From Deltaproteobacteria bacterium (lineage in GTDB: Bacteria; Myxococcota_A; UBA796; CAJQPC01), in NCBI GenBank assembly GCA_016719515.1, contig JADJYZ010000037.1, forward strand, positions 34,630 through 98,629: a stretch of 64,000 nt of DNA, in the 5' to 3' direction. The notes under the pieces are model-generated. The model did no database searches and was not told where the DNA came from. It was given only the letters and a program-made list of their open reading frames with translations. Below are positions 58,167 through 64,000 of the stretch, piece by piece (the stretch's first letter is position 1; each line of letters starts with the position of its first letter). The position numbers and the translations under genes were made by a program.

Positions 58167-61100
58167 ATGCCCTCCTCTGCCTTCCCGATCGGGATCATCG
58201 GCGCCGCCTGCCGTCTGCCTGGCGGCGTTCGCCATCCCCTGGACCTCGCCGCCTTCCTCCGCTCCGGCGGTGACGGCATCATCGACGTGCCCCCCGACCG
58301 CTGGGACGTGGAGCTGCACTACGACGCCGACGACCGGCGTGGCCGGGCCTATGTGCGGCGCGGCGGCTTCTTGCACGACGACCCAAAACGGTTCGATCCG
58401 GCGCCTTTTGGGCTCTCCCCCCGGGACGCCGACGCCATGGACCCCCAGCAGCGGCTCATGCTGGAGACGAGCTGGGAGGCCATCGAGGACGCGGATCTCC
58501 CAATTGAGGCCCTGCGCGGCACGGCGACGGGCGTGTACATCGGCGGCTTCATGGGCGACGTGAACGCCCTGGTCGCCCACCCCGGCGGCCGCCACAAGGT
58601 GAGCCAACACACGGCGACGGGCTCGACGATGACGCTGTTGTCGAACCGCATCTCCTATGTGTTTGACCTGCGCGGGCCGAGCATGACCGTCGACACGGCC
58701 TGCTCCTCGTCGATGGTGGCCGCCCACCTCGCCTGCCAGGCGATCCACGAGGGCGCCTGTGAGCGTGCGCTCATCGGCGGGGTCACGATGATGCTCTCGC
58801 CACATTCGCCGATGATGATGTCCAAGGGGCGATTCTTGGCGAAGGACGGTCACTCCAAGAGCTTTGAGGCCGACGCCGACGGCTATGGCCGGGCCGAGGG
58901 CGCGGTGATGTTGCTCGTGGAGCCGCTTCATGTCGCCTTGGCCGCCGGGCGGAGGGTGCTCGCCGTGATCCGCGGCACGGGCATCAACCAGGATGGCCGC
59001 ACCGACGGCATCGCCTTGCCCAGCGGCGAGGCCCAGGCGCGGCTCTCTCGGGAGGTCTGCGCGCGGGCCGGGGTGAACCCCGTCGAGGTCGGGCTCATCG
59101 AGGCCCACGGCACGGGCACGCGGGTGGGGGATCCCATCGAGACCCGCGCGCTGGGTGAGGTCTACGGCGTCGGGCGACCGGCGGACAAGCCGCTGTACAT
59201 CGGCTCGGTGAAGACCAACATCGGCCACACCGAGGCCGCCGCCGGGCTCGCGGGGATGCTCAAGGCGGCGCTGTCGTTGGGCGCGGACGAGATTCTGCCC
59301 CAGCGCCCCCTGCGCGCGGCGAACCCCGACATCCCCTTTGACGCCCTGCGCCTCAAGGTGGTCGAGGCGCCGACGCCTTGGCCCGCAGGCCGTCGCCTCG
59401 CGGCGATCAGCTCCTTCGGGTATGGCGGCACCAACGCCATCGCGCTGTTGGAGGCCGCGCCGACCGCCCCGACGCGGGCTGAGCTTGAGGCCCCGGCCGA
59501 TGCGCTGCGCCTGCTCGCCGTCTCCGCCGACAGCACGAGCGGCCTTCGCGCCCGGGCGGGGCAGCTCTTGGAGGTGTTGGCGGGGCCTGAGGCCGACGTG
59601 GATCGCCTCGCGGCCACCCTCGCGCAGCACCGCTCCTTACGCCCCGAGCGTGGGGTGCTCACCGTGAGTGGCCTCGACGACGCCCGCGCGGCGCTCACCG
59701 CCCTGCGCGACGGCGCGCCGGATGAGCGGGTTCACCTGGGCCGCGCCTCCACCCGCCGCCCCCTCGTGTGGGTGTTCACCGGCATGGGGCCCCAGTGGCC
59801 GGGCATGGGCCAGCAGCTCCTCGACCAGGGCGGGGCCTTCGCCGAGACCGTCACCCGCGCGGCGGAGACCTTCGACCGGCTCTCCGGGCGCTCGATCTTG
59901 CACGAGTGGCGCCAGAGCGCGACGACGGGCCAGATGGCGCGGAACGACCTCGCCCAGCCCACGAACCTGCTCTTGCAGCTCGGGCTCATCGCCCAGCTCC
60001 ACGCCCGGGGCCTGCGCCCAGACGCGATCTTGGGGCACAGCGTCGGTGAGGTCGCGGCGGCCTACGCGGCGGGCGCGCTCAGCTTGGAGCAGGCCGTCGA
60101 GGTCGCGTTTCACCGCTCGTCGCTGCAGCAAGAGGTCGCCGGTCGGGGCGGGATGCTCGCGGCGGCGATGGACCTCGATGAGCTGGAGCGTTTTGTGCCT
60201 GAAGGCGCGGACGTGGCCGTGGCGGCGATCAACGCGCCGGGCTCTATCGCCTTGGCGGGCAGCGCCGCGGACCTGGACCGGGTCGAGCGCGCCTTGACCG
60301 AGGCCGGGCGCTTCGCCAAACGGATGACCGTCGAGGTGGCCTACCACAGCCCCACATGGACACGCTGCAGGACGGCTTCTTCGCCCGCCTGGGCCACCTC
60401 ACGCCCGCCGCGCCGACCTTGCCCTTGTACTCCCACGCTCACCGGGGCCCGGGTGGAGGGCGCGGTGCACGACGCGGCGTACTGGTGGGGCAACGCCTGG
60501 CAGCCCGTTCGCCTGCGGGACGCCGTCCGGGCGGCCTTGGGCGACGGCATGGAGCTGTTCTTGGAGATCGGCCCGCACCCCGTGCTCGGCGCGGCGATCA
60601 AGGCGAACGCCGCCGCCGCGGGCCGCTCGGCGCTGAGCTTGTTCACCCTCAAGCGCCAGACCGACGAGCCCCGGGCCCTCGCCCGCGCCGTCGCCCAGGC
60701 CCTCGCCGCCGGGGCCGAGGTGAATCGGGCGCAGCTCGCCCCGGCCCGGGCCCCGCTGCGCCTGCCGACCTACCCTTTCCAGCGCGCCCACCACTGGATG
60801 GAGTCCCGGGCCTCCCAAGACGAGCGCCTCGGCGCGCCCGGCGCGCACCCGATGCTGCGCCGCCCCTCGGCCCGCCTCACGCCGAGCTGGCGCTGCGAGC
60901 TGGCGGGGGCGCCCTTGGCCTGACTTCAGACCACGTCGTCGCCGGGCAGACCGTGCTCCCGGCGGCGGCCCAGCTTGAGATGATGCTCGCCGCCGCGGCC
61001 ACCCAAGGCGCGGCGACGGTGCGAGAGGTGCGCCTCTCCCGGGCCTTGGTGATCGACCACGACGGGATCAACACCTTGACCTTGGACCTCGGCGAGGGCG

Positions 61101-64000
61101 GCGAGCTGGTGCTGACCGGCGTCACCGACGACGAGGCCCCCGTTGAGCTCACCCGGGCGATCCTCGGCGGCGCCGCCGGGACCGCGCCGCGCCAAGACCT
61201 CCCGTCGCTCACCGCGCAGATGCCCCTGAGCGCGCCGACCGGGCTCTACGAGCGCCTCACCACGATGGGCCTCAGTACGGCCCGGCCTTCCAGACCGTGC
61301 GCCGCATCGGCCGCGCGGGCCGCAGGCTGCTCGTCGAGCTGGTCCCCCAGGTTGAGCTGGGCCGCTTCTTCTTGCACCCGACGCTCCTCGACGGTGCCTT
61401 CCACGCCATGCTCTCGCTCTTGCCCGATGAGGTGACCCAGCCGGTGATCCCGACCTCCCTGGCGAGCCTGCGCCTGTTTCGGCCCGCGCGCGGCGCCCTC
61501 TACGCCTTGGTGGACAGCGCACCGATGGCCCCCGACGGGTCGATCCGCGCAGATCTGCGGCTCTACGACATCACCGGCGAGGCCGTCGCCGCCCTGCGGG
61601 GGCTTGAGTGCCGCCCGATCCGCCCGGCCTTGGAGGGCCTCACCGCTGAAGAGAAGGACTGGGCCTATGTCGAGACGACGACGCCTGTGCCCGCCCGGGA
61701 GGCGCCCCCGGCGGCCTGGGCGGCCTGGGTAGACGACGCCCCGCTTCGGGCGAGGCTCGCCGAGGGCGCCCTGGCCCGGGGCGAGTCGTTGACCCTCTTG
61801 GACGAGACCGGCCCCATCACCGCCTCGCCGAGCCGGATCGTCCTGCAGGTGGATCCCGGCGAGCAGGTGGACGGCTCCGACGGGCTCCTCGGCCTCTTGG
61901 ACCGCGTGCGCTGCGCCCAGCGGCGCCTCCCCGGCGTGGCGCTGCGGCTCATCACCCTGGGGGCGATCCCCTCGCCCGCCTCCGCCGGAGCGGACCTCGG
62001 CGCCGCGGCCCAGCTCGGCCTCGCCCGCACCCTCCAGAACGAGCACCCCGAGCTTGACCTGCGCCTCCTCGATCTCCCCCAGGACGCCCAGCCCGAGGGC
62101 TCGACGCTGTTGGAGATCCTTCACCGCGACGACGAAGAGGAGCTGATCTGGCGCCCCGAGGGCCTCAGCGCCCGCCGCGTCAGCCGCCTCAACCTCGATC
62201 AGATCGCCCACCCTGGCCGCGTCACGCCCACGGCGCTCCTCGACGCGCCCCCGGCGGAGCTGGTCGTGGGCACCCCCGGCGACCTCTCGACCCTGGCGTT
62301 TCGCCCCGTCCCCTCGCCCAGCGCGGGCCCCGGGGAGCTGCTCGTGCGGATGGAGCGGGTCGCGCTCAACCTCAAGGACGTGGCGAAGGCCCTCGGCCGC
62401 CTGCACACCGAGCACAGCGACGGCACCTACACCGGGGCGGCCCTGGGCTTGGAGGGCGTCGGCGTGATCGTGGCCGCAGGGGACGGCATCGACCCCGCCC
62501 GGGTCGGCGAGCGGGTGCGCCTGATGACCGGCGGCGCCTTGGCGACGGTGGTGCGGGTGCGGGTGCATGAGGTCTTGCCCCTGGGCGACCGCGAGGCCAC
62601 GGAGGCGGCCTGCGACTTTGTGCACATGACCGCCTGGCACAGCCTGCTTCATGTCGCCCAGCTTCAGCCCGGTGAGCGCGTGCTCATTCACCAGGCCGGC
62701 GGCGGCGTGGGCCTCGCGGCGACCCAGCTCGCCTTGGGCCTCGGCGCGGAGGTGGTCGCCTTGGCGGGCACCGAGGCCAAACAGGCGGCGCTTCGGGCCA
62801 TCGGCGCGCGCTGGGTGTTCAACAGCCGGGATCCGCCTGGGCCGAGGCCGTGCGTGAGGCCCTCGGGGAGCCCTGCCTCGACGTGGTGCTCGCGTCGAGC
62901 GACCTGCCGGTTATGCGGGAGGCGCTGGGGCTCCTGCGCCCCCTCGGTCGTTATGTCGAGCTGGGCAAGTCGGAGCTCGTCGCCGACAAACGCCTCGCCT
63001 TGGGCGTGTTCAACCGCTCGATCACCTTCGCCGCCGTAGACCTCGACCGCCTCGGCGCCGCCAAGCCCGAGACCATCGTGCTCCTCAACGCCGCCGTCGC
63101 CGAGGCCCTCCAGAGCGGGCGCATCGCCCCGCTGCCCGTCGAGGTCTTCACCGGAGACCGCGTGGGCGAGGCCATGCGCCGCCTCGGGAGCGGCGAGGTC
63201 TTGGGCAAGGTCGTCGTAGACCTCACCCAAGGTGCGCTGCCCGTGCTCGATGTGCCGACCCCTCCGGCCCCGGTGCGGGCGGATCGGGGCTACCTCATCA
63301 CCGGCGGCCTCGGCGGCTTTGGCCTACGCAGCGCCCGCTGGCTCGTCGATCAAGGCGCGCGACACGTCGTGCTCGCCAGCCGCCGAGGCGTGGCCGAAGA
63401 TCCCGCCGCGGTGGAGTCTCTGCGCGCCCGAGGCGCGGTGATCGTCGAGGTGGCCTTAGACGTCGTGGACTTGGGCGCGGTGAGCGCGCTGGTCGCCCGC
63501 TTCGGCGTGGAGTGGCCCCCCTTGGCCGGGGTGATTCACGCGGCGATGGTGCTGCACGACGCCCCGGCGCTCACCCTCGACCGCCCGAGCCTGCGCCATG
63601 TGCTCCGCCCCAAGGTGGACGGCGCGTGGAACCTGCACGTCGCCACCGAGGGCCTGCCCTTGGAGCACTTCATCGTCTACAGCTCGATCTCCGGCTGGCT
63701 GGGCAACCCCAACCAAGGCGCCTACGCGGCGGCGAACGCGGCGATGGAGGCCCTGGTGTACACCCGGCGCGCGGCGGGCCTGCCGGGCAGCGTCGTCGCC
63801 TGGGGCGCCATCGGCTCCGTAGGCGTCGTGGCGAGGGCCCAGGGCACCGAGCGGCACCTCAACAGCATCGGGCTCTCGCCGATCTCCCCCGGACGGGCGC
63901 TGCACCTCATGGGTTACGCCCAGCGCCTCGGCGTCGTGAGCCTCTGCGCGGCGAGCGCCCGCTGGGATCGTTGGCGGGAGGCCGTCCCCGGCGTCGGCTG
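58167..64000 (+). CDS. type I polyketide synthase, one fully reducing module (KS-AT-DH-ER-KR), partial at the window end, with at least 6 apparent frame disruptions
   Basis: KS (DTACSSS, EAHGTGT, NIGH), AT (GHSVGE, AYHSPHM), DH (HxxxGxxxxP: SDHVVAGQTVLPAAA; YGPAFQ), ER (LIHQAGGGVGLAA), KR (ITGGLGGFG; YAAANAAMEAL). Confidence 0.85.

Noticed and set aside
1-64000. CRISPR arrays, tRNA/rRNA genes, transposases/integrases/phage genes
   Set aside because: The window was scanned for short-period direct repeats with unique spacers, cloverleaf-like conserved tRNA motifs, rRNA and IS/transposase/integrase signatures. None were found. The only tandem repeats are coding (33-nt A/E repeat, IF-2 repeats) or the gene duplication at 54.8-56.1 kb.

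Overview
This is a high-GC (about 70%) chromosomal window, probably from a Myxococcota genome. The evidence is the MYXO-CTERM-type C-terminal sorting tails, the DNDCDG-type Cys-rich repeats, the large PKS and the eukaryotic-like STK. Coding is dense on both strands.

Main content by position:
- ~0.1-8.9 kb, minus strand: cupin, SPOR protein, and the rimP-nusA-ylxR/L7Ae-infB-DUF503 operon; then cpoB and an OmpA/Pal-like gene.
- 9-13 kb: a glycan-related trio (GT-C/DUF2029 membrane protein, LarA-like DUF2088 protein, processive family-2 glycosyltransferase).
- 14.2-30.6 kb, minus strand: an almost complete dcw cell-wall/division cluster (mraZ-rsmH-ftsL-ftsI-murE-murF-mraY-murD-ftsW-murC-murB-ddl-ftsQ-ftsZ). 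It lacks murG and ftsA and has a 735-nt non-coding spacer between ftsI and murE.
- 31-41 kb: housekeeping genes (smpB, VKOR-DsbA, prmA, rsmE, ribA, HU), a very large surface lipoprotein, a lipid kinase and a GNAT.
- 41.7-45.6 kb: alpha/beta-hydrolase-fold protein, then a comM-DUF3006-recA operon.
- 45.9-48.1 kb: a bacterial Major Vault Protein (MVP) homologue.
- 49-56 kb: a long Ser/Thr kinase; a divergent five-gene cluster (unknown 500-aa protein, anti-sigma-like, ECF-sigma-like, two tandem duplicated secreted acidic proteins with MYXO-CTERM tails); and a secreted SRPBCC protein with a 33-nt tandem repeat.
- 56.9 kb to the window end: a Cys/Met-family PLP enzyme followed by a type I PKS module (KS-AT-DH-ER-KR) that runs off the window.

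No rRNA, tRNA, CRISPR array or mobile element was recognised.

At least ten conserved genes carry single-nucleotide frame disruptions, almost all in C/G homopolymer runs. They include essential murD, and one pair in the PKS AT domain compensates itself. This pattern fits indel errors in the assembly better than real pseudogenes.

Note on the ORF track: it prints alternative GTG/TTG starts as M. Several starts were re-set from conserved N-termini, and coordinates follow the ORF-track frame.
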